Assembly (NCBI GenBank): GCA_951406725.2
Contig: OX597815.1
Span: forward strand, 68,758,001 to 68,822,000
Direction: 5' to 3'
From: Octopus vulgaris
Lineage: Eukaryota
Length of the DNA stretch: 64,000 bases
Shown here: in pieces, positions 28,339 to 41,334 of the stretch
Position numbering within the stretch: position 1 is the first letter of the stretch
How the letters are laid out: each line of letters opens with the position of its first letter
Made by a program: the position numbers and the translations under genes
Notes under the pieces: generated by a model
The model's input: the letters and a program-made list of their open reading frames with translations, nothing else
Database searches by the model: none
Told to the model about the DNA's origin: nothing

Positions 28339-28633
28339 GAAAATCTGCCCAATGAACTGATCCATTACAAGCATGAACATGTGGATATTAACCAATGCTG
28401 GTGACAACAATGGCTTTTGGGAGAAGAATGACTATCATGTGTTCTGTACAGATATTTTGTATGATCAGAACTGATATCACCAAGATAAAATGTATTAATT
28501 AAATCCAGTGAACTGAGTGTCCAGTTTGTTTTTCCAACTATAACTCTTTGTTCCTGACTACATTACTATATCCATTGCTTGTAATGTTCAGAATCTCTGT
28601 CAATTTGCCAGTGTTCTCTCTCCATTTGCACTA

Positions 28634-30604
<1,971 letters not shown>

Positions 30605-31180
30605 TACATACATTCATACACACACGACGGGCTTCTTTCAGTTTCTGTCTATGAAATCCACTCACAAGGTTTTGGTTGGCCTGAGGCTATAGTAGAAGAC
30701 ACTTGCCCAAATGGCGGGAAGATGGAATTAAGGATTGAAGGTAACCTTAAACGGTTAAATTTCGTAGAGTAAGACAGGAAAAAAAACAAAGCAAGTTAAG
30801 ACATTTAACGAATGAGAGGTACGGAAGATAAATGAGATAAAAATCTTTTAATTTGCTGTGGACATCTCATGAATATAATGGCGGTGCATCAGCATGGCAA
30901 CAGCTATGAGCTGAAACTACAGTATTAAAAAAAAAAAAAAAAAAAAAATGCCACCTAAATGTGGCAGTCTCATAGTGCACGATGCTACTGTTGTTTATAG
31001 CCCCAGGAAGAAATCTCTTCCAGCTGGCTAACGACACACTGTCTGTGTCCGATTAGTATTTGCGAAGGGAAATCATCGTTCCCATCTCTAGCCTTACGTA
31101 ATACACACTGACCCAGAGCTCGGTGTAGTAACCCGTCATCGGTGTGTGGCAATCACCAGCCAGAGTTTTATTATTGCTCT

Positions 31181-31264
<84 letters not shown>

Positions 31265-31759
31265 TTCATATTTTTAATGTCTATAATATTTTAAAGATAT
31301 TTCTTTCAGATCAGTCTTACATATTAGAGCTATATACTTGAAAATTTTTCAAACAATCCAAAAAAGATATAAATCAAATATTGAGCCAACAGTTACACAT
31401 GTTCTCAAAGAACAAAACTACATTTCTCTCAGGTACTAGGTAGCAAACCAATATCCACACCAATTTATCAGATAAGTACAATCCAACATAAAATTTCAAA
31501 TCAGTGACACACAGGAAACTGTGGAAAAATGCTTTGTTCTTTTCACAATCCAACCTATAAACTAAATAGTGAATAATCTTTGGATGCTTCTTTTTATTAA
31601 ATATAGATTTCCAGAGTATATGATCTGGCAGTTAAATATCACCAAAATCATGGAAAACACCCATATCTTATGCTCTCACTAGTATTTCTAAATCATAAAG
31701 CAATACAGATATATTTTTAATTTCTCCAAACCATTCCCACTTTATGAGTGAAATCGATC

Positions 31760-32104
31760 AACATCAATGGAAATTGTAGTTGTGATACCAGTGCCGGTGG
31801 CACATAAGAGAATCATCCAAACGTGGTCATTGCCAGCGCCGCCCCAACTGGCCTCCGTGCTGGTGGCACGTAAAAAGCACCATCCAATCGTGGCCGTTGC
31901 CAGCCTCGTTTGGCACCTGTGCCGGTGGCACATAAAAAGCACCCACTATACTCATGGAGTGGTTGGCGTTAGGAAGGGCATCCAGCTGTAGAAACACTGC
32001 CAGATCAGACTGGGCCTGTGCAGCCTTCTGGCTTCCCAGACCCCAGTTAAACCGTCCAACCCATGCTAGCATGGAAAGCGGACGTTAAACGATAATGATG
32101 ATGA
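31760..32104 (+). mobile_element. RTE 3' UTR fragment with (GAT)n tail
   Basis: Three GTGC..GTGGCAC units followed by the conserved RTE 3' end. Confidence 0.8.
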
Positions 32105-32958
32105 TTTGTTGTGCAGCAGATATTTTCCATGTGTACACCCACATAAAAACACGAGTGCATACACACATAATATGCTCATCAGCTAAACAGAAACTGATTG
32201 ACAAGAGCTACAATATACTGATAGATTAACATCATAGTAAGTAATTTACAGAGTACAATTTTTTAAAAAGTTTATGGTGTAATCAGCTTTCACACAATAT
32301 TAAATATTCCACTAACATTTTGTTTCCTGGGATTAAGGTAGCTGATAAAAGTAATTAGAGTAGTGTTCTTATATCCAAGAGAGTGTTACTGTTACAAATA
32401 CACACCTTACTGCACCCAAAAGAAAACCAGTCAGCTGATTGACAGGTTCAGCAACACACTACAACTCCTAGCTCACAAATACAATCTTTCTTCTGTTTTA
32501 TGTACATTCCTCTGAACTAGCCAGCTGCATTCTTACAAATCCACCAATGCACTCTCCTCTCCTACTCTCATAAACCTTACTGTATAAAGGAGAATCTGAA
32601 TTAAACCCTTTGTCCAATCAATCCTCTCTAGAGCTATGTAGCCACTTGGAATTCATCCCTCAGATTGTTGAAAATGAACATCAATCTCAGTTTAAGAGAG
32701 TTTACAATAATAATGAAGGACACTCCTCCTCTAGTAAATAAAAAAATCTCATAATAAAGCCTTAATAGTCATGTTCAAATACAAGTGTGGAGTATTAAAC
32801 TGATTTATGCAAAATTAATAGTCAATTGAATTTTACCTGACACCTTCTGGCATAATGATATTCTTGCCCTGTTGACCTTCTACATTATTTACCAAAACAA
32901 AGTCAGCATCAAAGCTCTCTGGTGTAAACAATTTATTCACAAAGGATGTCAAAAGACG

Positions 32959-33001
<43 letters not shown>

Positions 33002-33527
33002 CAGATATAGGATAAAGAATTATTAATTTAATAATTAATAAATTTTACCAAGTAGTTTCGGTATGGAAAGAGAACCATTATCGGTAGAAACTTTTACAAA
33101 AAATTTTTATGTATAATTAAATATAATTAAGGGTTTAGCAACAAGAAGCAACTTGTTGCTAAACCCTTAATGATATTTAATTATATATTTATATATATGC
33201 ATACATGTGCATGTCAATATATCGAAAATATATTATTACGATAAAGACGCAATTGTCAGCATGGAAGGAGACAATAATGAAAAATTTTTTCTTAGCTTCA
33301 AACAGGCTAAATAAAAGCACTTACCTTCAGCATTCCTTATGTGTATGATACTTAAGCAAAAATGCAAACAAACCTCCAATTTACGTAGTTTCAATAGTTT
33401 ATGTTTTGAGCAACAAGTTGCAGTCTTTGGGACCATAATTTGAAAAGAAATGCAAAATGTGTGGTGTGTTCAATTATACTCTTTTTAATTTTATTTTCAA
33501 GTTGATATCTTGATGTCAGATAGATTT

Positions 33528-34977
33528 TCCTTGATCCACATGCAACACATGACCGTACCAGTGCAGTCGTCTCTCTTGGACACCACATCTGATGCTTCTT
33601 ATGTCCAACTTTTCACTCAGGGTGCTTACATTCTGTCGTGTATGTACACTGACATTACAAATCCAGCAGAGCATACTCGCTTTGTTCCTTGCAAGCTTAC
33701 ACATGTCCTCGGCAGTCATGGCCCATGTTTCACTGCCATGTAGCATGGCTATTCGTACACATGCATCATACAGTCTATCTTTTACTCTGAGCGAGATGCC
33801 CTTTGTCACCAGCAGAGGAAAGAGCTCTTTGGACTTTACCCAGGCTATTCTTATTCTACCAGCTACACTTTCAGAGCACCCACCCCTGCTACTGATTTTG
33901 TCATCTAGGTAACGGAAACTATCAACTACTACTAGTTTTTCTCCCAGGAATGTGGCAGAAGTTGTTCTCTACACATGTTTTAAGTGTTTATTGCTCCTGA
34001 GCCTCTGCCACATACAAAAACTATGTTCCTAGTTAGCCTCTCCTTTGATATTGCTGCACCTCTTATGTGTCCATAGCTTACACCAGGTACATCTTATGGA
34101 GTTTCTACCTCCGCCTTTTCTACAGATCGAGCAGGGCCATCTACCTGAAGGGACTTGCAATTTGTCTGCCTTCCTACTTATTAAGATTTTGGTTTTTGTT
34201 AGACTGACTCTAAGGCCCTTCCATTCTAGACCTTGCTTCCACACCTGAAACTTCTCCTCTAGTTCTGATTGTGACTCAGCAATTAGAGCAAGGTTGTCAG
34301 CATAGAGGAGCTCCCAGGGGCATCCTGTCTTGAATTCCTGTTATTGCAGGGAGGACTATGATAAATAGGAGGGGGCTGAGGACTGAACCTTGTTGGACCC
34401 CTACCTCTACCCGGAATTCTTCACTGTACTTGTTGCCAACCCTCATGCAACCTTGCACAGCTCTTCATCTATCCCTAGTTTCCTCATTGACCACCAGATA
34501 AGGGATCGGGAGACCCTGTCAAAGGCTTTCTCCATGTCAAAGAAAGCCATGTACAGAGATTTATCTTTGACCAGGTATTTCTCCTGCAGCTGTCTTACCA
34601 GAAATATAGCAGCAGTGGTGCTTTTTCCTGGCACGAACCCGAACTGCACCTCATCTAAACTGACTCTCTCCCTAATTAGTTGGGCTATGACCCTCTCCGT
34701 GACCTTCATTACCTGATCCAACAACTTGATATCTCTGTAATTATTTGCATCTTAAGCATCACCTTTACCTTTGTAGTAGTTGACTAAGGTGCTGCTACAC
34801 CAGTCATGTATCACCTGGTTAACTATACGGGTGACTAGGCTATAGCTGACACTACCAGATATTTTGAGCATCTCTGCAGTGATTCCTGATGGGTCAGGGT
34901 CTTTCTCTGTCTTCATACTCTTAATTGCTTTATCTAGCAAGGTACTGTCAATTTGGATAGCTGGCCCCTCTGTCGAC
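33528..34977 (-). mobile_element. RTE LINE ORF2 (RT) fragment, pseudogenised, lacking the 3' tail
   Basis: QFGFVPGKSTTAAIFLVRQLQEKY...FFDMEKAFDRV, Cys-rich insert and LYDACVRIAMLHGSETW peptides, with frameshifts. Confidence 0.92.
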
Positions 34978-35002
34978 ATATATATATATTTATATATATA
35001 TT

Positions 35003-36862
35003 TAGGTTGGGGTCCACCAGGGTTCAGTACTCAGCCCCCTCCTATTTATCATAGCACTCCAGGCAATTACGGAGGAATTCAAGACAGGCTGTCCCTGGGA
35101 GCTCCTCTACGCTGACGACCTTGCTCTTATTGCTGAGTCACTATCAGAACTGGAGGAGAAGTTCCAGGTGTGGAAGGAGGGGCCTTAGAGTCAACCTAGC
35201 TAAAACCAAAGTACTAATAAGTAGAAAGGTAGACAATCCACAAATATCTTCAGGAAGATGGCCCTGCTCGATCTGTAGAAAAGGTGTAGGTAGAAACTCT
35301 ATAAGATGTACCCAGTGTAAGCTATGGACACATAAGAGGTGCAGCAATGTCAAAGGTAGGCTAACTGGGAAGATAGTTTTTGTATGTGGCAGATGCTCGG
35401 GAGCATTAACCTCCGAAAATCTGCAGAAAACAACTTCCGTCACTTTCCAGGGGGAAAAACTAGAAGTAGTTGATAGCTTCCGTTATCTAGGTGACCAAGT
35501 CAGTAGTGGGGGTGGGTGCGCTGAAAGTGTAACTGCTAGAATAAGAATAGCCTGGGCAAAGTTTAGGGAGCTCTTACCTCTGCTGGTGACTAAAGGCCTC
35601 TCGCTCAGAGTAAAAGGCAGACTGTATGATGCGTGTGTACGAACAGCCATGCTACATGGCAGCGAAACATGGGCCGTGACTGCTGAGGACATGCGTAAGC
35701 TCGTGAGGAATGAAGCCAGTATGCTCCGATGGATGTGTAATGTCAGTGTACATACTCGACAGAGCGTTAGCACCTTGAGAGAAATGTTGTACCTAAGAAG
35801 CATCAGTTGTGGTGTGCAAGAGAGACGATTGCGCTGGTATGGTCATGTGGTGAGAATGGATGAAGATAGGTGTGTGAGAAAGTGCCAATCCCTAGCAGTT
35901 GAGGGAATCCGTGGAAGAGGTAGACCCAGGAAAACCTGGGACGAGGTGGTGAAGCACGACCTTCGAACTTTAGGCCTCACTGAGGAAATGACCAGAGACC
36001 GAGACCTTTGGAAATATTCTGTACGTGAGAAGACCAGGCAGGACAAGTGAGCCCAGCCCACTTATGAATGCCTTTCCTCCCTTGGACACAAAGACCGGTT
36101 GAGGCAAGCGAAGTCGATATAGAACCTCATCCGACGACGGACACCCATGCCAACCCCCCATGCTTGCGAAGACATGTTGGGGCAAGCGAAATCGAAATCG
36201 AAACCGAATTGAACCAGCCAGGATCCCTGGCCTGGTGGTACGTAAAAAGCACTATCCGACTCGTGGCTGTGGCACGTAAAATACTCCAATGCGACCGTAC
36301 GACAGGCACCCATGCCAACCCCTTTGCTTGTGAAGACATGTTGGGGCAAGCGAAATCGAAATTGAATTGAACCAGCCAGGATCCCTGGTCTGGTGGTACG
36401 TAAAAAGCACTATCCGACTCGTGGCCGTGGCACGTAAAATACTCCAATGCGACCGTACGACAGGCACCCATGCCAACCCCCTTTGCTTGTGAAGACATGT
36501 TGGGGCAAGCGAAATCGAAATCGAATTGAACCAGCCAGGATCCCTGGTCTGGTGGTACGTAAAAAGCACTATCCGACTCGTGGCCGATGCCAGCACCGCC
36601 TCGACTGGCTTCCGTGCCGGTGGCACATAAAATACACCAATCTGACCGTGGCCGTTGCCAGCCCCGCCTGGCACCTGTGCAGGTGGCACGTAAAAAGCAC
36701 CCACTACACTCACGGAGTGGTTGGCGTTAGGAAGGGCATCCAGCTGTAGAAACATTGCCAGATTAGACTGGAGCCTGGTGCAGCCTTCTGGCTTCCCAGA
36801 ACCCCGGTCGAACCGTCCAACCCATGCTAGCATGGAGAACGGACGTTAAACGACGACGACGA

Positions 36863-36865
<3 letters not shown>
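35003..36865 (+). mobile_element. 5'-truncated RTE LINE (RT C-terminal half plus 3' UTR with ~160-bp tandem repeats)
   Basis: GVHQGSVLSPLLF, YADD at 35108-35119, FRYLG, RRLRWYGHVVRM, RGRGRPRKTW; stop at 36050; one frameshift near 35175; (GAC)n tail; flanked by TA tracts. Confidence 0.95.
36141..36590 (+). repeat. ~160-bp tandem repeat (~2.7 copies) in the RTE 3' UTR
   Basis: gacatgttggggcaagcgaaatcgaa recurs at ~36171, 36335 and 36494. Confidence 0.85.
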
Positions 36866-36926
<61 letters not shown>

Positions 36927-37547
36927 TTGTGCATCTGTTTGTCCTCCCACCATTGCTTGACAACCGATGTTGGTGTGTGTATGTCCCTGTAACTTAGTGG
37001 TTTGGTAAAGGAGACTGATTGAATAAGTACTAGGCTTACAAAGAATAAGTCCTGAGGTCGATTTGTTCGATTAAAGGTGGTGCTTCAGTGTGGCCGCAGT
37101 GAAATGACTGAAACAAATAAACAAATAAAAAGAATTTGTGTGTCTGTGGAGAGAGAGATATGTATATATGTGACACCAAGGTGCCCATAAAAAAGCATTG
37201 GTATGGGTGCTGGTGCCACATAAAAAGCACCCAGTACACTCTGTAAAATGGTTAGCATTAATAAGTGCATCCAGTCATAGAAACCAAGTCAAAACAGACT
37301 ATGGAACCTGGTGTGGCCCCTGGCCTTACTAGTTCTTGTCAAATTATCCAGCCCATGCCAGCATGGAAAATGGATGTTAAATGATGATGTGTATATGTAT
37401 TATATATATGCGTATCATAATTTCTACAACCAACTACTAGCCCTTCCAATAACCAAACACTTACAGAATGTAACTGGGTGCATTTTCTGGTGGCACCAAT
37501 GCTAGAGAGGTTGAATAGTCATGACAGGACTAGAAAGATGAAGTTAA

Positions 37548-37712
37548 TCATCATTATCATCATCGTTTAATGTCCGTTTTCCGTGCTAGTACGGGTTGGA
37601 CGGTTTGATTGGGGTCTGGGAAGGCAGGAGGCTGCACCAGGCTCCAGTCTGATCTGGCAGTATTTCTACAGCTGGATGCCCTTCCTAATGCCAACCACTT
37701 CGTGAGTGTAGA
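37548..37712 (-). mobile_element. RTE 3' end fragment
   Basis: Reverse complement of 36705-36865. Confidence 0.8.
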
Positions 37713-37873
37713 AATGATTGTGTTAAATGACTGTTTATGATGTATTGGCTGCTGCCATCATCCAACAGCTCGTAAGTGTTTGACATTCACTGTGAAGTTA
37801 AGTTTTCTAATTATGTTATTCATAAACTTTAGATTCAGTTTCTTATATTTTGTTTTATATTTTATGATTTCAG

Positions 37874-37937
37874 GCAGAACTAAAGACTGTAAAGAAGAGG
37901 AACGGCCAGTTGGCAATAATTCTTAGTCAAGCTGAAC
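37874..37937 (+). CDS. GKAP1: GKAP1 coding exon 7 (AELKTVKKRNGQLAIILSQAE + 1 nt), GC donor
   Basis: Acceptor gatttcAG; VKxRNxQL motif; the 3' end is placed at AAC|GCAAGT because exon 8 requires phase 1. Confidence 0.85.
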
Positions 37938-38454
37938 GCAAGTATTTGCCTAATTCTTATCTCTATGTTTAGTTTTCCCTACTATTTAATATATGAAGAT
38001 ACAGACCTGCTTTATATATTGCAATATTAGGATTTCTTGACAGGGTACAAAGTCACAAATTTGAGAGGTTTTGGACATTGTCAGTTGGAGCAATGGCTGG
38101 CATTGTGTTTTTATTGGCTCTAGCAGTATTTGTATTTAGCACACTGGAAAATGGAACAAATTACCTGAAGAAATTTAGTCTTACATTCTATCATTTCTAG
38201 CACTTCATTACCAGATTACATCGTTATAAAGATTAATGGTAATGTTCCAACTTGATGGTAAAAACGAGGTTAGTTTTTCATCATCATCATTATTGTTGTT
38301 ATCATAGCAATTTCTGACATATCTATTTCTCAATGGTAGAATTTTTATTTATATATTGGTAGACAATAGCATCGCTGGAACAATCACCGATTCATTGCTT
38401 TTATGGTTGTAAGAAAGACAGGAAAGTCTGTGTAAATCAATGTAGAACAAATAT

Positions 38455-38668
38455 TCTTTTCTACTCTAGGCATAAGGCCTGAAATTTTGGGGGAGGGGAC
38501 CAGTCGATTAGATCGACTCCAGTATGCAACAGGTACTTAATTTATCAACCCCGAAGGGATGAAAGGCAAAGTCAACCTTAGTGGAATTTGAACTCAGAAT
38601 GTAAAGACAGATGAAATACCGCTGAGCATTTCACCCGGCGTGCTAATGTTTCTGCCAGCTCACCACCT
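38455..38668 (-). mobile_element. SINE family A copy
   Basis: Reverse complement of the 369-597 type. Confidence 0.82.
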
Positions 38669-39535
38669 TGATGTAGAACATATTATAAAGGACTTGCTTC
38701 AAAAGCACTTTTATTTTGTTGTTTATTATTTGCTTTTCTTGCTGATAGACATCTCCAAAAGATATACACATGTACACATCTATACAAATTTTTGAGTTCA
38801 ACCCATGCCAGCATAGAAGATAGACTTTCACCCTTTTATCACCACAGACGCCTGAAAAATACGTTGATTTTACCAAACGGCCCATACCTGCCCAAAATGC
38901 CTTATTCGTATTTTAATGAGAATTTCGGTACAAATCTCATTATTACATTCATTTGTGGATTTCTACACATGTCTACCAAATTCTATTCACAGGGCATTTG
39001 CCAACTCAAAATGTCAGGCAGTGAGATGAAAACTAAGAATTGTCTGGTTGCAAAAGCACACTTTTTGTCTCTACAGTTTGAATGTTTGTTCTTCTTATTG
39101 CAAACCCTTCAACATAGAAATATAAGTGGCACTTATTTTTCATTTAGACGGACAGAATTATACCATGCTATGGTATAATTTGAGCCCATCATTACTCATT
39201 GGGTAATGAGTAATGATACTCAGCATGATAGTAGTGACCAGCAAAGCCTACTCTGCTTTGATCAACAACAGTAGAGATAGTTGAAACATGTCTATAAATA
39301 TCCTCTTTGACTTTGTGCTAATGCTATGTATGAGATGTTTTAAATCCTTATGAAGAGCCTAGTGTATATACCATCAAAGCAGTGTTAAAGCTCCTTCATT
39401 GTAATTTGATCTTGAGCTCCATTGAGAAGCGTTCTCTCTATACATGCCATGAAGGCGGCAAGCTTTGTTGACTTAAAAATACTTGGTTACCAGATGCGGA
39501 TATCAGATTTTATGTTTTGGAAACTTCTGTATCTA

Positions 39536-39705
39536 GTCGAGTAGGAGGGAGCCACAGTATGGAAGGCACAAGCCCAAGTGAAGCTAACCATGGGTGCAGA
39601 TCTTGTTAGTAGCAAATATTCAAATGAAATCTTCAAAGACCAAAGCAGAGAAAGGTTCCATGCCAACATATGTTGAGCACTTGTCAGTCGATCCTAAGAA
39701 GTGGG
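39536..39705 (+). pseudogene. Degenerate 28S rRNA fragment
   Basis: cgagtaggaggg...ggtgcagatcttg.tagtagcaaatattcaaatgaaatctt.aagacc.aag..gagaaaggttccatg..aaca...gttga.ca..gtcagtcgatcctaag follows the conserved eukaryotic LSU core (GGTGCAGATCTTGGTGGTAGTAGCAAATATTCAAA...GGTTCCATG...GTCAGTCGGTCCT). Confidence 0.85.
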
Positions 39706-39786
39706 TAAAAGCTTCCATGAAAAAATAATGACAACCACTCAACTACATTGATGTTTATTAGCAAAGACATCCAGCAAAACCGAAAC

Positions 39787-40055
39787 TGAGAGGTAATATT
39801 TACTTCCACTTAAATCTGGATATTCTGTTAGAACAAACTTTGCTGCAGTAGATACCATGAGAAAAACTCCCATATAGGCTTTTTGTTTATATCACTTGTG
39901 GGAGTTGGTGGGAATTTACCTCACCACTATCAGTATAAACAAGTATGCATTTTGCACTAAAAGCCTATATGGGAGTTTTTCTCATGGTATCTACCACAGT
40001 AGAGTTTGTTCTTAGTGAACATCTACGTCTTAGTGAGAATAAATATTGCCTCTCA
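39787..40055. repeat. Inverted repeat / hairpin, ~95-bp arms with a perfect 36-bp inner stem
   Basis: 39848-39883 is the exact reverse complement of 39959-39994; the outer arms are imperfect. Confidence 0.85.
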
Positions 40056-40676
40056 CTATTAATACTGCCTCTGTCACTAATATATATATATTTTAAACTG
40101 AACCCCTCCCAGACCTGATGTGGGTCAAAGATTCCTCAAGCAATATAAAATGCATCTCAGATGCACAGCCATTTAAAGAAGACTGTGAACTATGGGCATT
40201 TTATGTTATTTCGTATTGCTCAGAGACCTTTTGGCTGTTATTATTTATTGATATCTGCATTACAGATGTTGTATCATGGATAGCTGTCTCAAATCAAGTT
40301 TCTGTTCTTTATCCTATATCAGATTTTACCCTTACCTTTCATTTTTCATTGCTGCAATCACTTGTCATCTCCATAGTTACCTCTCTTACATGTTCTAATC
40401 AATACGTTCCATTTATTTTTCAACCATTTTGAGTCGTAGATTTTTTTTCCAAGGACTTGTATTTTAGTATTGAGATGTTTAAGGACTTGCTGTGATGCAG
40501 ATACTAGTGTAGAGAAATTATATGATGTTGCTGTAAATGTGTGTGTAGGGGTCAGTGAAATATAGTGGTGGTCAAATACTGGGATCAATGGTATAGATTA
40601 ATCACCTTCCCACAAATTGCTGCCTTGTTCTTAAATTAGAAACATTATTGTTATCATTATTATTAATAATAATAAT

Positions 40677-40883
40677 AATTTCTAATTTTGGCACAAGGCC
40701 TGCAATTTCAGTGGAGGAGTAGGTCAATTACATTGACCCCAGGGCTTAACTGGTACTTGGTTTATCAATCCTGAAAGGATGAAAGGCAAAGTCAACCTTG
40801 GTGGAATTTGAACCCAGAACATGAAGATGGGCAAAATGCTGCTAAGCATTTCACCTGGCATGATAACGATTCTGCCAGCTCGC
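40677..40883 (-). mobile_element. SINE family A copy next to (TAA)n
   Basis: Reverse complement of the family A consensus seen in this window. Confidence 0.82.
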
Positions 40884-41263
40884 TATTACCAGTAGTAGTA
40901 GTATTAGTAAAGGCAGCAAACTGGCAGAGTTTACATTCTACCAAATTCACTCACAAGGTACTGGTTGGCCTGGGCTTATAATAGACACTTACTCATGCTG
41001 CAACATAGTCAGATTGAATTTGGAACCACATGGTTGTAAAGCAAGCTTCTTAACCCCACTACCATGCTTGAAGGCAGTCCCTAAAGACCTTTTCATTGCC
41101 CCCTCAACAGAATACACTCAGACCTTCAGGGTTGTTGACTGTTTCCAACACTTACAGATTTATGCTCTTCCTGAAATCTTAACATAAACTTCAATCTTAA
41201 TGAATGTTTTTATCCAATGTTCATTCACACTTCTCATTCCTGTATTTGTTTTGTTGTTTACAG

Positions 41264-41334
41264 TGAAAGAAAAATATGATATTCTGGAACAAGTGGATAA
41301 CTTAACTTCCGTAAAAGATGAGCTAACAGATCAG
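41264..41334 (+). CDS. GKAP1: GKAP1 coding exon 8 ((L)KEKYDILEQVDNLTSVKDELTDQ)
   Basis: Acceptor ttgttgtttacAG; donor CAG|GTAAAA; 71 nt, phase 1/0. Confidence 0.92.

Noticed and set aside
37942-37947. Canonical GT donor for exon 7
   Set aside because: Gives phase 2, which is incompatible with exon 8 and leads to an early stop.
39536-39705. Functional rRNA gene
   Set aside because: Short, diverged and isolated fragment inside an intron.
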